From Haliotis rufescens (Eukaryota): a DNA stretch of 64,000 nt. Below, piece after piece: positions 49,092 through 61,566 of this stretch. The DNA is taken from assembly GCF_023055435.1 (NCBI RefSeq), contig NW_025963879.1, positions 23,436,001-23,500,000 of the forward strand, read 5' to 3'. The notes under the pieces are model-generated. The model worked only from the letters and a program-made list of their open reading frames with translations. It had not been told where the DNA came from and did no database searches. The number at the start of each line of letters is the position of its first letter. The stretch's first letter is position 1. Both the position numbers and the translations under genes were made by a program.

Positions 49092-52000
49092 ATGAGGGTA
49101 GCTGTTATAGGAAGTGGGGCTGCTGGTCTGTGCGCCTTACGGCTTCTCAAGGAACACCCCCGGGGTTTCCATCCCGTGGGATTCGAGCTCAGTGCAGAGG
49201 TGGGCGGAACATGGAATTACACAGATAAAACTGGAACAGATGAACGAGGCCTGCCGGTTCAGTCTAGCATGTACAAGAACCTACGGTAAGTACATTATCG
49301 CAGTAGGAAATCGCGGATCGCGGATAAACTGTTCTGCTGTTCATAGCACTAATGAAACTTTGATTCAAGCACATGCAGTTTGTTTGTCTGTTAACTCATT
49401 TGTTACAATGTATAATGAATGTATCTTTTGTGTATAAGGGAAGCAGAACTGAGTTGGCAATATAGTTTATTGATAGCTACAGGTGCACATGGTCTACGTT
49501 GAAGGCAAACATATTCGAAGATCTCTAGCTACAGAGTTACCCAAGGAATGAGGTTACTGGGAGTTATCTCCCTTAGACCATCGATGACTATGACGTAAAG
49601 ACATAACAAACTATTAACAAATGTCACAATGCATAACTTGAATGCGACAATGTTGTAAGATAAAGGGTTAATTGTGTTATCAACCGTGACGTCATACACA
49701 TGAACAGAATTGATGACGTAACACGCATGTACCAAATCGGAATCCTGTTAAGATCCGAGGTTGAATAGGTCTTCAGCAACCCATTCTTGCCGTGTAAGGC
49801 AACTATGCTTGTCGTAAGAGGTGACTAATGGGATTGAGTGGTCAGCCTTGCTGACTTGCTAAATGCATGTCATCGTATTCCAATTGCGTGGATTGATGCT
49901 CATGATGTCAATCACTGGATTGTCTGGTTCTGACTCGATTATTTGCAGACTGCCATCATATAGCTGGAATATTGCTGAGGGTGGCGTTTAAACAACAAAC
50001 AAAACAAGGAAAGAAATATAGATTTCAGATAATCTAATTTGATCACTGTAACTGTACCATTTTAGAACGAACCTTCCGAAGGAGATCATGGCATTTCCTG
50101 ACTTCCCCTTTGACTCAAGTCTGCCGTCTTTCATCCAACACACAGATGTTGCCGAATACCTTCGGCGTTATGCTCAACACTTTGACCTCTACAAATTTAT
50201 CAAGGTAAACCTGTAATGATGGATTTACAAAGATTGAGTAACTGTCGATGAATGTCTGTATATAGTAAAGGAATCACATCAACATGCCTATAGCAACAAA
50301 AACGAAATGATGTATTAAATCATATTATATCTGTAACAAAGCAAAACATATTCAAATCAAACATTTCCGACTCCATACCAAATTTCCCACACATCAAACA
50401 AGAAATATCTGATTCATATTACATCGACAGAAATATATCATATTCACAATGTAAATACACACAGTTCATGACATTTTGGTCTCTGTCACCACCTATTTGT
50501 TTAAACCCATGAACTTGCACAATCCAACAATATGACACTGGAATAGTTGTTTGATATCATCTATACATGTATATACTTTGTAACTTGTATGTATTTAAGA
50601 TTGCATGTGAACTATATTATGTAAACTTATTGTTTGTGTACTCCAAAAAGAAATAAAATCATAAAAAAACATGCCTATTTTAGTGAGACAGTTTTATGCT
50701 GAATTTAGTTATGTAGCATCACTATTACAGTGTAAAGGGCTCCATGTTTGAAGAAACTCCCTAAATAGGGAACCCTTGGAATAAGTCATCCATATGGATG
50801 ATTACTAAGTATGTTTTACTGCTACTGATTTTAATATTGAATTTTTAGTATTAAAGGTTTCAGTATAAATTGTTTTCATCATATGTATTTCAGTTCAAGA
50901 CATTGGTTGAACATGTTTCACCAGTGTGTCAACCAAACAACACTTCTGCCATCAAATGGAATGTGACATATTCTGCAGCAGACAACAGGAATGAGCAGAC
51001 GACAGAAGAGTTTGAATCGGTTATCGTCTGCAATGGGTATTTGTATAAAGAGCGATGTCTTGTAAAGATAAGCTGGTCGAGGTTCCCTCGGCTGGAATTC
51101 CTACACTCAAAATGAAGATTTCATAGAGATGTAATCAGATAACATTTCTTTGGCTTCATGTCCATGTTGGAAAAAACCCAGCAGACTTGAACTTGTTATT
51201 CAATGGAAACTCAGGGAAGTAATCAATATTGGAAAATATTATGTTGAAGCCAAGTGGCATTTCTGAAGACATATATATTTGTATGTGAATATAACACTTG
51301 TATATTTTGATCAGGCACTATTCTACACCCCTGATACCCGACACCCCCGGGCTGGATGTGTTTGAGGGGGAGGTACTTCACAGCCACAACTACAGGACAC
51401 CGTCAGCGTTCCGTGGGAGGAAGGTGGTTCTCCTGGGGGCGGGAGCCTCAGGGCAGGATATCTCTATCGACGTGAGCTCAGAGGCCAAAGAGGTATTTGT
51501 TGAGTCAAAATGAAATGTAGTACCTATATACAGTTTATGCAAAAGACAAGATAAGTTGGATGTGGTATTGTTGGGACTGAGGAGTGCAGTGAAAATGGGA
51601 ATGGTTAATTTTGAATATCACATGATTCACGAAGCTCAAAAGTTCCATGGACTGTCCCAGAAATAATGTTACATCACCTAACTGAATATGCCTGTTGTCC
51701 CTGAACAAAGTCATTACAATAAGCAACATTACACTGTTTTATGTAGCATCACTTAATTAATTAGTTTTTATTGGGATTTTTCTTTCTTTTGGGGGGACTG
51801 ACTTTTGTTACCTTTGAAACTTTATTAAGCTTTGAAATTCATGTGCCCAATGAAAAGTGCAGCATTGATAACTTCTCTGAAGTTAACTGGAGCATGCAGC
51901 TCAGATTAAGTGCATAAAGAATACGATCCCATGAAGATTATAAAGAGGTGCAAATTTAATTTGTATTTCAAAACATTTCAGGTAAGCTAAAGAATCTTAT

Positions 52001-52756
52001 GACTCAGTGTATTGACATGTTGCAGTATTTATTCTAACATAGCTTATAATTAAAACAATCAAGGAGTAATTAGCTTCACGATGACATGTTATTCTCTCGT
52101 TATCCTCATCTCAAATTGCTTTACAGGTGTTCCTCAGCAGCAGAAAGGCGCCATTACAATGTCAGTTGCCGGAAAACGTTCATCTAGTTCCTGGAATAAA
52201 ACATTTAAAGGAAAAGTCGGTTGTGTTTGAGAATGATCAGGAAACAACGATCGACTCTCTTCTCTTCTGCACTGGTTACAAGTACACCTTCCCTTTCCTT
52301 GACCCCAAAATAGGGGTCAAGGTCGACGAAGACCAACGAATTACTCCCCTTTACAAGCATTTAGTTCATTCCAAGTTTCCATCTTTGTTTTTGATTGGTT
52401 TCTGCAAAACTGTTTGCCCTTTCCCACAATTCCACGTTCAGACAAGTACTGTGATGTCTATCCTCAGCGGAAAAGTTCAACTGCCGTCAAGGCAGGAGAT
52501 GGAGAAGGATGAAGCCGATGATCTTGCCGCACGTATGGCACGTGGGTTGCCAAGGAGACATGCACATGAGATGGGTCCTCATCAATGGGAATACAATGCC
52601 CAGTTGGCACAGTTAGGAGGATTCCAAGATCCCATTCCAGTCAGTGTGAAAAACATCTATGATTATGTACATCGAACAAGGGTTAAGAATTTGATTGGAT
52701 ATAAGAAAGAAAAATATACACGTGTCGGAAACGATATCTCCCATGTTGCGGCATGA
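49092..52756 (+). CDS. Flavin-containing monooxygenase (class B FMO, apparently soluble, GS-OX/insect-FMO-like), 5 exons, ~427 aa
   Basis: Exons 49092-49285, 50066-50204, 50894-51036, 51315-51492, 52127-52756 (1284 nt, phases consistent). FAD motif VAVIGSGAAG, GGTWNY, SSMYKNLRTNLPKEIMAFPDFPF, VCNGHY, FMO fingerprint FEGEVLHSHNYR, NADPH motif LGAGASGQD, FCTGY. Confidence 0.96.
49744..50006 (+). repeat. Repeat family A copy in FMO intron 1
   Basis: cctgttaagatccgaggttgaataggtcttcagcaaccc..gtcgtaagaggtgactaa..gctggaatattgctgag..aaacaacaaac. Confidence 0.88.
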
Positions 52757-54119
52757 AGTGTTACGGAAATATGTGAATACATGTTACTTTTTATAAACAA
52801 ACTTTATTCTTGTAATGCAATATTTGGTAATATATGTGTATGTACAATCTATTGATGCTCTTAAAAGATGACATTATGGCTGTACAACTGAGAAAAATAC
52901 ATTCTATATACTCTTGCAGGAAAGACGTATGTAGAGCCCTGAATCCTGCAGTGGAATAAAAATGTTTATGTCAACTGATAAGTGTATCCACCCATTGCCA
53001 ATGAAATCAACATACTTTCCATATATCATACTGGACAATATTTAGCTAATGTTTTTGGCAATGAGAAATGAGGAAATACTGATTTAATATCAATACCTTT
53101 GTATGCAGGATATTACCTTTTGAATATTATTGTATTGTGGACCGATGACCTATATTATTAAATAAATTTATCTGTCTGAAACCAATATTGGACTAAAGAT
53201 TCTCTTTGAGGAACACGGTCCTGTGATTTGACCGTGTAAAATCTTATAAGGTGTGAAAAGACATTTCAGGAAATGTCAACTTGTCTGTCGCATACCTTTC
53301 TTTTGATTGACACCATTCACACGGGTATATTTGTAAAATAACCACAGTCACTTTTGTGTACAAACCGTCACTTAGTTCTAAATGTACTTGTTTTGTCTAT
53401 GAGATCACCGTGAATTTTGTCTACGAGTTAGAAGTGGACACGAATTCTCCATGGCTACAAATTGGTTTTCTTAGGCATTCACCTACAGCAAATTTGTAGC
53501 CATTCCCCACTCGCAGACAAAATTAACAGTGAATTCGTAGACAAACCAGTAGTGAATTCATAGACACATTTTATGCTTGATTATAATAACTATGTTATTT
53601 TGTTGTTATTTTGTTTTGATGGGATTTGCAGGATTTTTTCTAACTACATGTACTATTATAAACAAGCATGAAATACTCACATCCCCCGCCAGTATGACAT
53701 GTCGGGTTGTATGCAATGCATTAGCTCATGTAAACTATGTTCACTGGGCCTTTTTGTAAATGGCCTAATTGCAGCACTAAAAAAAAGTTATTCCTGGTGT
53801 TGTTTTTCCATCTGCAGTTTATGATGGAATATGTTACTGAATTTGTAATGAGTAAGGATGAGACATGGACAAACAACTTCTTTATTACAATTAGGAGCGA
53901 TGGTTTCGGTGTAGGTTCTAACACCATTATCAAGCAAGTGAAGTACAGAGTATGGTTGACAAGAATATATATTGTTTATACAGTTGAGTAGGTTTAAGAT
54001 CAGTTACACTGTTGTATTTGTAATGAGTTGTGTTTCTGTATGAAGTTAGTCAGTGAATGCAACAACTGTGTCCATGACACTTTTGGAGGAACATACACTC
54101 AAGCAATGCAGAACTTACC

Positions 54120-54953
54120 GACAAGAAAGGAAATGTATTCAATACTGTGAGATGACATTATGTGCCAAGTTTGGTAAAGAAATATAGTACGGTTTTCAAG
54201 ATCTGCTCCGGAAACGAGGACCACCGCCATTTTCAGTCTAAATCAAAGTCGTTGCAATGGAAACCCGAAAAATAATTTGTTTAAAAATCCCAAACTATTG
54301 AAAGGCACCAGTTCACCACTAGACTTATCTATGTGCCAAGTTTGAAGAAATATAGTACGGTTTTCAAGATCTGCTGTGGAAACCAGGTCTACCGCCATTT
54401 TCAGTCTCAATCAAAGTCGTTGCCATGGAAACTCGAAAAATAACTTTTTAAAAAATCCCAAACTATCAAAAGGCACCAGTTCACCACTAGACCTATCTAT
54501 GTGCCAAGTTTGATGAAGAAAACTAGTACGGTTTTCAAGATCTGCTCCGGAAACGAGGACTACCGCCATTTTCAGTCTAAATCAAAGTCGTTGCCATAGA
54601 ATCTCGAAAAATAACTTTTTTTAAAATCCCAAACTATCAAAAGGCACCAGTTCACCACTAGACCTATCTATGTGCCAAGTTTGATGAAGAAATATCGTAC
54701 GGTTTTCAAGACCTGCTCCGGAAACGAGGACTACTGCAATTTTCAGTCTAAGTTAAAGTCGTTGCCATGGAAACTCGAAATATAATTATCTAAAAAATCC
54801 CAAAGTATCAAAAGCCACCAGTTCACCACTAGACATATCTATGTGAAGTTCGGTGAAGATATCTCTCATGGTTTTTGTGTTCTGCTACGGAAACGAAGTG
54901 TGACGGACGGCACCCATCCCTATATCCCCCTTCCACTTCGAGGCAGAGGATAA
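54120..54953 (+). mobile_element. Helentron/HINE-like element carrying ~4.3 tandem 168-171-bp satellite units
   Basis: Unit starts (tgtgccaagttt) at 54161, 54332, 54500, 54671 and 54842; ends gacggacgg..ctatatccccc..cttcg..ggataat. Shares gctccggaaacg, gttgccatggaaac and aaaggcaccagttca with 29258-29893. Confidence 0.8.
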
Positions 54954-55288
54954 TGACCAGTAACCTTAGTTTGACCTGACCTATTCAGTTTCATATTAAG
55001 TTCTGTATCAAGAATGAAAACCATTGTGTGCTGAAGATAGATATTGAAGTATACAGGCCTGTTAACTCATGATATTCAATCAAATATCAAGCTCTCACGT
55101 CAAGACTAATTTTAATCTCAGCTAAACGACAATTCTAATGTAGAAAATGATCTTTAGCAGTGTGCACTTGAATATAGTTAGGCTTGGGTTTGGAAGCTCT
55201 GCCAAATTGGCAACGTGAATAAAAGTCAACGTGCACGTCTAGGTTTGGCATAGGAAAGAAACATCTCAATTTTCAGTTGTGGTTTTTA

Positions 55289-57582
55289 ATGGTCAAGGGG
55301 AGGTAATCGTGTTTGTGCAAGAGCTAACTCCCTTGCCTTTACTCCGCACAGTGTCTCGCGTAAAACTTCACAAACGGCGTGTGCCCCTGATCAAAGGGAG
55401 CTAATCGCGTATAACAAAATCAAGAGTTATGTCCCTTGTGTGAAAGGGAGGTAAGTCTGTTTGGCAAATGTGAACGTGATTTACAGTTACCTCCCTTTGA
55501 CCATCAACGGCCCGGCCCCTCAAATGTAATGTCTTTTCGATGTAGTATGTAGGTAACGGATTAAGCCGAGGGGAACAGAATGAAATTGAAATCATCAGTG
55601 CACGACCCAAGAAACCACACCCATGTCCACTCAGCATATATTCCACTAGCTACAAAACACTGATCCGTGCATGAAATCTTTTCCAGCGCGTCACTGTGGT
55701 TATTCTTTCGATATCATAACTGCCACTAAGCTGGTTCAGTTACGCGAGTTTAACTCAACTTTCGCGTTTGAATATTCTACCTTCATTATGCGATTCATTT
55801 TCTTCTGAAAATGGATGTGGCATAGAAACTAAAGCATCGCAAAGGACCACATGGTAGTCGGTAGTGATCGCGGAGCTCTCTGTACTATCGCGATCATTCG
55901 TCAACACTCGCCCCTTTCCGTAACCTGCAAGAAGACTCGTCCCCCTATCGATGAATGTTATGTGCGAAAATACGACAAACCAATCAGAATGCGCGTATGA
56001 TTTCAAGTTCTTCATCAAAGAATCCCTCAGAAATAAGTTTTGATTTTACATATGTCCTGCATCTAAAAATATACCCAAGACACAGTTAAATGTGTTCAAT
56101 CACACTGTATCATTCCGCACGTTCCGATGTGCTTTAAATTGCATCTGAAATATATATAATATATGGGGAAATATATGTGAACCATTGCGCAACGAGTTGA
56201 CAATTGTTTTAGGTATGCCCGTTTGCGCTAAGACGGAACCCGGTTGCAAAAATGGCCATGAGAGGGGCACGAGTCGCTATTCGGCTTGTCCCGGAATAAC
56301 ACGAGTTGGTTTCGAATGTATCGCGATGTTACCGAGAGTTTATAACGAAGGTGTCACGCGCTGGGAAGGAGCTTGTCGTTTTATGGTCAAAGGGAAGTAA
56401 TCGTGTTTGTGCAAGAGTTAACTCCCTTGCTCTAAACTCCGCACCGTGTAACGCTGAAAACTTCACACACGGCGTGTGTCCCCGATCAAGGGGAGGCAAT
56501 CGCGTATAACAAAATCAAGAGTTATATCCCTTGTGTGAAAGGGAGGTAAGTCTGTTTGGCAAATGTGAACGTGATTTACAGTTACCTCCCTTTGACCATC
56601 AACGGCACGGCCCCTCAAATGTAATGTCTTTTCGATGTAGTATGTAGGTAACGGAATGAGCCGAGGGGAACAGAATGAAATTGAAATCATCAGTGCACGA
56701 CCCCAGAAACCACACCCATGTCCACTCAGCATATATTCCACTAGCTTCAAAACACTGATCAGTGCATGAAATCTTTTCCAGCGCGTCACTGTGGTTATTC
56801 TTTCGATATCATAACTGCCACTAAGCTGGTTCAGTTACGCGAGTTTAACTCAACTTTCGCGTTTGAATATTCTACCTTCATTATGCGATTCATTTTCTTC
56901 TGAAAATGGATGTGGCATAGAAACTAAAGCATCGCAAAGGACCACATGGTAGTCGGTAGTGTTCGCGGAGCTCTCTGTACTATCGCAACGTTACCGAAAG
57001 TGTATAACGAAGGTGTCACGCGCTTGGAAGGAGCTTGTCGTTTTACGGTCAAAGGGAAGTAATCGTGTTTGTGCAAGAGTTAACTCCCTTGCTCTAAACT
57101 CCGCACCGTGTAACGCTGAAAACTTCACACACGGCGTGTGCCCCCGATCAAGGGGAGGCAATCGCGTATAACAAAATCAAGAGTTATGTCCCTTGTGTGA
57201 AAGGGAGGTAAGTCTGTTTGGCAAATGTGAACGTGATTTACAGTTACCTCCCTTTGACCATCAACGGCACTGATCCCCTTTTCTTTTCGATGTAGTATGT
57301 CGGTAGAGGAATAAGCCGGGTGTACCAGAATAAAATTGAAATCGTCAGTGCAGACACCACGTCCATGTCCACTCGGCATACATTCATCTTGGTCCAAAAC
57401 ACTGAAACACTGAGTGCATGAAATCGTTGATCGAGTTGTCTCCCTTTGACCGTTAGCCCCATTCGTGACCAACTCATACCATTCCGGGACAAGCTTTCTT
57501 GTAGGCTACGTAAATATAGACGCGAGTGGGGACGAATCCCTTACCCTAACAAGTTCCCTCCCAGCGCGTGACACCTTCGTTA
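55289..57582. repeat. CpG-rich compound repeat: three direct copies of a 400-600-bp unit plus a 22-bp inverted repeat
   Basis: Copies begin at ~55289, ~56383 and ~57045 (ggtcaa.ggga.gtaatcgtgtttgtgcaagag). taacgaaggtgtcacgcgctgg (56343-56364) is inverted at 57561-57582. Confidence 0.85.
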
Positions 57583-57866
57583 CTCTTCCGATATTATCGC
57601 CTGCCACAAAGGCTGAAGGGGTCTTTGTTGTATGAGGTAGAACTTCAATTTGCAGAAATCTATCCTACCACCAGTGCTAACAATCCCGAATACCATCTAC
57701 ATTGTACTTTATCACTCAGAGTCTAATTTGCAGACCCCTTAATCCCAAATACTATTTAACACAAATCTCAAAAGAACACCATCACTGCAAAACACATATT
57801 TTAGTCAAAACTATGAGCCAAAATATTCTCTAAGAAAACACACACATTGCAACAATGTAATTTTTG

Positions 57867-57958
57867 CATCTTCCCGAGGCAAGAGAGTTAAATGACTCTA
57901 AAAGTCCAGTTTCCACTGGACTTTTAAAGTCAGTTAACTCTCTTGCCTCGGGAAGATG
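57867..57958. mobile_element. TIR-only collapsed MITE (92-bp hairpin)
   Basis: catcttcccgaggcaagagagttaa..aaaagtccagt-ttcc-actggactttt..ttaactctcttgcctcgggaagatg; same TIR family as 16489-17038. Confidence 0.85.
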
Positions 57959-59166
57959 AATTTTTGTGGCAGACAATAGCCTTTTTTTCCAACAATATAA
58001 AGCATAATTATTTTTTTCAAGAATTTCGGAGGCGATCTATTTTTGCCGATACAAATAACGAACAATAAATACACCATTATTTCTTGTAAAATGACTTTAT
58101 ATGCGTCCCAGATACATCACTGCTGAGTCCCGCACACCCTCTGATAGGAATCGATATTCACCCCCTACCCCCCGGACCCTGGTTCTCTAGCCTTGAACTG
58201 AAATAGGGTTGGAAGTTCTCAGCCTAAGTTACAGTTTCTGTACGGAAAAACAAACAATTCCAACATGCGCATGTCAGGCACAGATGGTTTCCACGTGATC
58301 TGTGGGTATGACGTGGCCTTATATAACCGTACAACGTATGAAAGGGCATTTCAGGGAATGTCTACTATGTACAGGCTCTATACCATACCTTCTTTTTGAT
58401 TAATGCCATTCTTCAAAACAAACGTGTGTATGTTCGTGAAAGGACCACACAGCCAATTTCGCATACGAACCGTCAACTGGCCCTAACTGCGAGTATTAGC
58501 ATCTGAATCAGACGTGTGGAAATTAACTGTGCAACACGTTTTGGCCTATATACTGACAATTTGAACCAAAACGACAATGGTTCTAACAATTATTAAAAAC
58601 AATATCCAAAGAAATAACTTACTCATGCATATGTACCGGTATTGTTCCTGACATCAATAGTATCGTTTCGGAAAGGCGTGTGGGTAAACGAAAGCCACGT
58701 CTTGTGTTTTTCCTTTTGTGGACAACGGACAAAACATTTTCTCAGATGTAGGTATGGCATACAAGTAATATCTCTGCAGACAATTATGATAATGTAATAA
58801 ACGTTTGGTAGTTTGTAGCTAATATATAACCTTTTCCATGTTGGCGTTGCTTGTTTTGTTTTTTTCATTTGCTCTGTACAAAGAGAGTGTATGGATACAT
58901 TCATGAATGACTAGGAAAGATTTTGCTTAACTGTGTGTCGGATCTACTGCGATCAAAAATCATCTGTTACTGAGAACGTTTTACATCTGGTGAATGATTT
59001 AGTATGTATTTTTTTTATATACAAATAGTTTAAAACATAAAGTGATAAACATGACAACACGTTACACTGATAGGACATAAACATGCACCTATCGCTATAC
59101 ATCGTTCAGCGCCGCGCTGAAAATATGGGGTAAGGAAACCAATCCTGAGATTGACACGTACGGACC

Positions 59167-59277
59167 TGGGCCCCGTTGCACAAAGCGATCTTAGCGCTAA
59201 GACGATCATAACTCCCATACTTTAACATAGGCTTACCATAATCGTAGTGCTAAGATCGCTTTGTGCAACGAGTCCTG
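59167..59277. mobile_element. Small MITE (GGGCC-type termini, PIF/Harbinger-like); inverted partial copy at ~60496-60586
   Basis: gggccccgttgcacaaagcgatcttagc / gctaagatcgctttgtgcaacgagtcc. Confidence 0.7.
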
Positions 59278-59391
59278 GACAAAAAAGGATGAGAGATTTT
59301 GCTGCGTCTTCTCCAGTTTACACACGCGTTTATTAAATGAGTATTACGCTTTCATCCCTTTACTGAAGTACAACGACTTCCTCTTGCAGAA

Positions 59392-59561
59392 GGGGCGGTC
59401 AGGTAGCCTAGTGGTTCAAGCGTTCGCTCGTCACGGCGAAGACCCGGGTTCGATTCCCGACGCGGGTTAAATGTGTGAAGCCCATTTCTGGTGCCCCCCA
59501 CCCGCCGTGATATTGCTGGAATATTTCTAAAAGCGGCGTGAAACCATACTCACTCACTCAC
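59392..59561 (+). mobile_element. SINE family B copy (a 5'-degenerate copy lies at ~60220-60345)
   Basis: Same head, body and (CTCA)n tail as 37316-37478. Confidence 0.88.
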
Positions 59562-61366
59562 TTCAGAAACATATTCAAATTTTGACCTTATGCAAGTATT
59601 TATATTACTCAAACGTTATGTTCGGAAAATGAACTTAAATTTCCTTAATATTTTATTTGTACGGTAAATTGCTCAATTTGATTCACTTCATTAAGAGAAT
59701 TTTATGCCTATTCTTGTTTATAAGTTGGTACTTGTATGGATGTTTTGTTATATACATGTACACTTCCGAAATTACATTTTCAGAATATGTTGGTGTGTTT
59801 AAAGGTAAATGGACACTGAGGGCACAAAAGCGGTCTTCTGGAATGTGACGGCTCTTTTGTTTATTACAGAACTTGTGGAGGTCGTGGCAAATAAATGTCA
59901 CCCACTGTGATTGTAAAGGCAGAGGGTACAGATCTACGATTCCACGGCTAAACGTCCTCGGTAATAACAGACCCAGTTGCAAGATCACGTGTGGGGAAGA
60001 TAAGATACCGAACGGAAGTAACCAGGTCTCGTGACTATGACACAGCAGAAGGTCGGATACAACTTGGTTGACAGTAGCGGATTGTTTCGCTTGAAGATAA
60101 TCCTTTGATGTTTCCCCGAAGACAAGCATGTCAGTATGAAATTATAGACAAATATATAGCCTAGTAATTATATGCATATCAAACCATATTCTCAAAACTA
60201 TCGATTGTTGGATGGTGCGAACACGGCTTTCGGGTTCCATTCCCTACATGGGTACAATGTGTGAAGTCCATTTCTGGTGTCCCCCACCGTGATATTGCTG
60301 GAATAGTGCTACAAGCGGCGTAAAACCATACTCACTCACTCAAAGCGGCGTAAAATCAAACTCCCTCAAATGTCAAAGTGAGTTCATGTCACGGCCTGTA
60401 CATGCATGGCGTATGTTGTACAGAACGTGACACGGGGGATGCCTGCATGGATTGCCTCTGTTGACACATGAATATTTCCCTCGAATCAGGTCCGACAGTA
60501 GCGCTACGACTGTCGTAAGTCTATGTTAAAGTATGGGAGTTACGATCATCTTAGCATTACGATCGCTTTGTGGAACAGGGGCCAGGTCATTGGCTTGTTC
60601 GCAATAGCCAGGAAATAAGAGTGAGAACATTAGCCATGTTTATGTTTCTTAAGATCAGTTTTATATGAGCTAACTGGCGGAATGTCATGCTAATTGTACC
60701 AGGGAAATTGTATGATTTAATCCTCAAAAGAAATTCAAGAACACCGGATGTTTTCATATAGCTATAGTTAATCTGTCATGGCCATAACAAATTAACTGTA
60801 GTCACATGAAAACAATCGAAAGTTCCTTAACTTCTTATGAGTAGTATACATCGGTCGCCTTCACTTTCAGATAATGCTTAAATAATATTTTGTATATAGT
60901 ACTCATATTGTCTGCACCTTGTATGCAAGCTGAGCTGATGTGAATACGTTTTCATATCAAAGTTGTTGGCAACGAACCTATTTAATGCAGGTCGTGTCGC
61001 TAGCATGTTGATTTGAACATAAATACATGCTTTAGTTATTTGTAGAGCTGTGTTGCCTTTACTTAGTCCCGATACATCAGCAGCCTAGCAATTCTACCAC
61101 TTCTGCTTTCATTTAAATATAGTAAGGTACAGAAATGTCGCAAAGTTTGCTTTTAAACTAAAGTCACAGCGCAACCTGATCGACTTGTAATGTTGTTCGC
61201 TTAACGACTGTCCCGCGAAAGTGCGAAGGGTCTGTAGAAAAGTACTAACGGGCACCTGCAGACGACCTGACCCATGTTTCGTAAGTGTCATCCTGTTTTC
61301 AAGTGTCTCAGGTCTGTAGAGTTCTCCACTCAAGTACATTCTAGTTTATTGTCTCTACACAGAAAT

Positions 61367-61566
61367 ATGCCGATAAGAGTGGCCGTGATCGGCGCGGGTG
61401 CGGCCGGGCTCGGCGCCATGCGTCACCTGTTGGCCAGACCTGACGTTTTTGAGGGAGTTTGTTTTGAACAGTGTCCGCAAGTTGGAGGGACATGGGTGTA
61501 CACAGACAGCGTTGGAACTGACGAATACGGACTACCGGTACACTCCAGCATGTATAAAAACCTCAA
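61367..61566 (+). CDS. Second flavin-containing monooxygenase paralog, first coding exon (gene presumably continues beyond window)
   Basis: MPIRVAVIGAGAAGLGAMRHL..EQCPQVGGTWVY..GLPVHSSMYKNLK; phase-2 donor AA|GTGAGT at the same position as intron 1 of the upstream FMO. Confidence 0.92.

Noticed and set aside
55401-57492. Repeated minus-strand ORFs (AVDGQREVTVNHVHICQTDLPPFHTRDITLDFVIRD)
   Set aside because: The similarity simply reflects the DNA triplication; there is no recognisable domain and starts/stops are inconsistent.
59683-60129. 148-aa minus-strand ORF
   Set aside because: No recognisable motifs or exon context; the AT-rich tail suggests a chance ORF.
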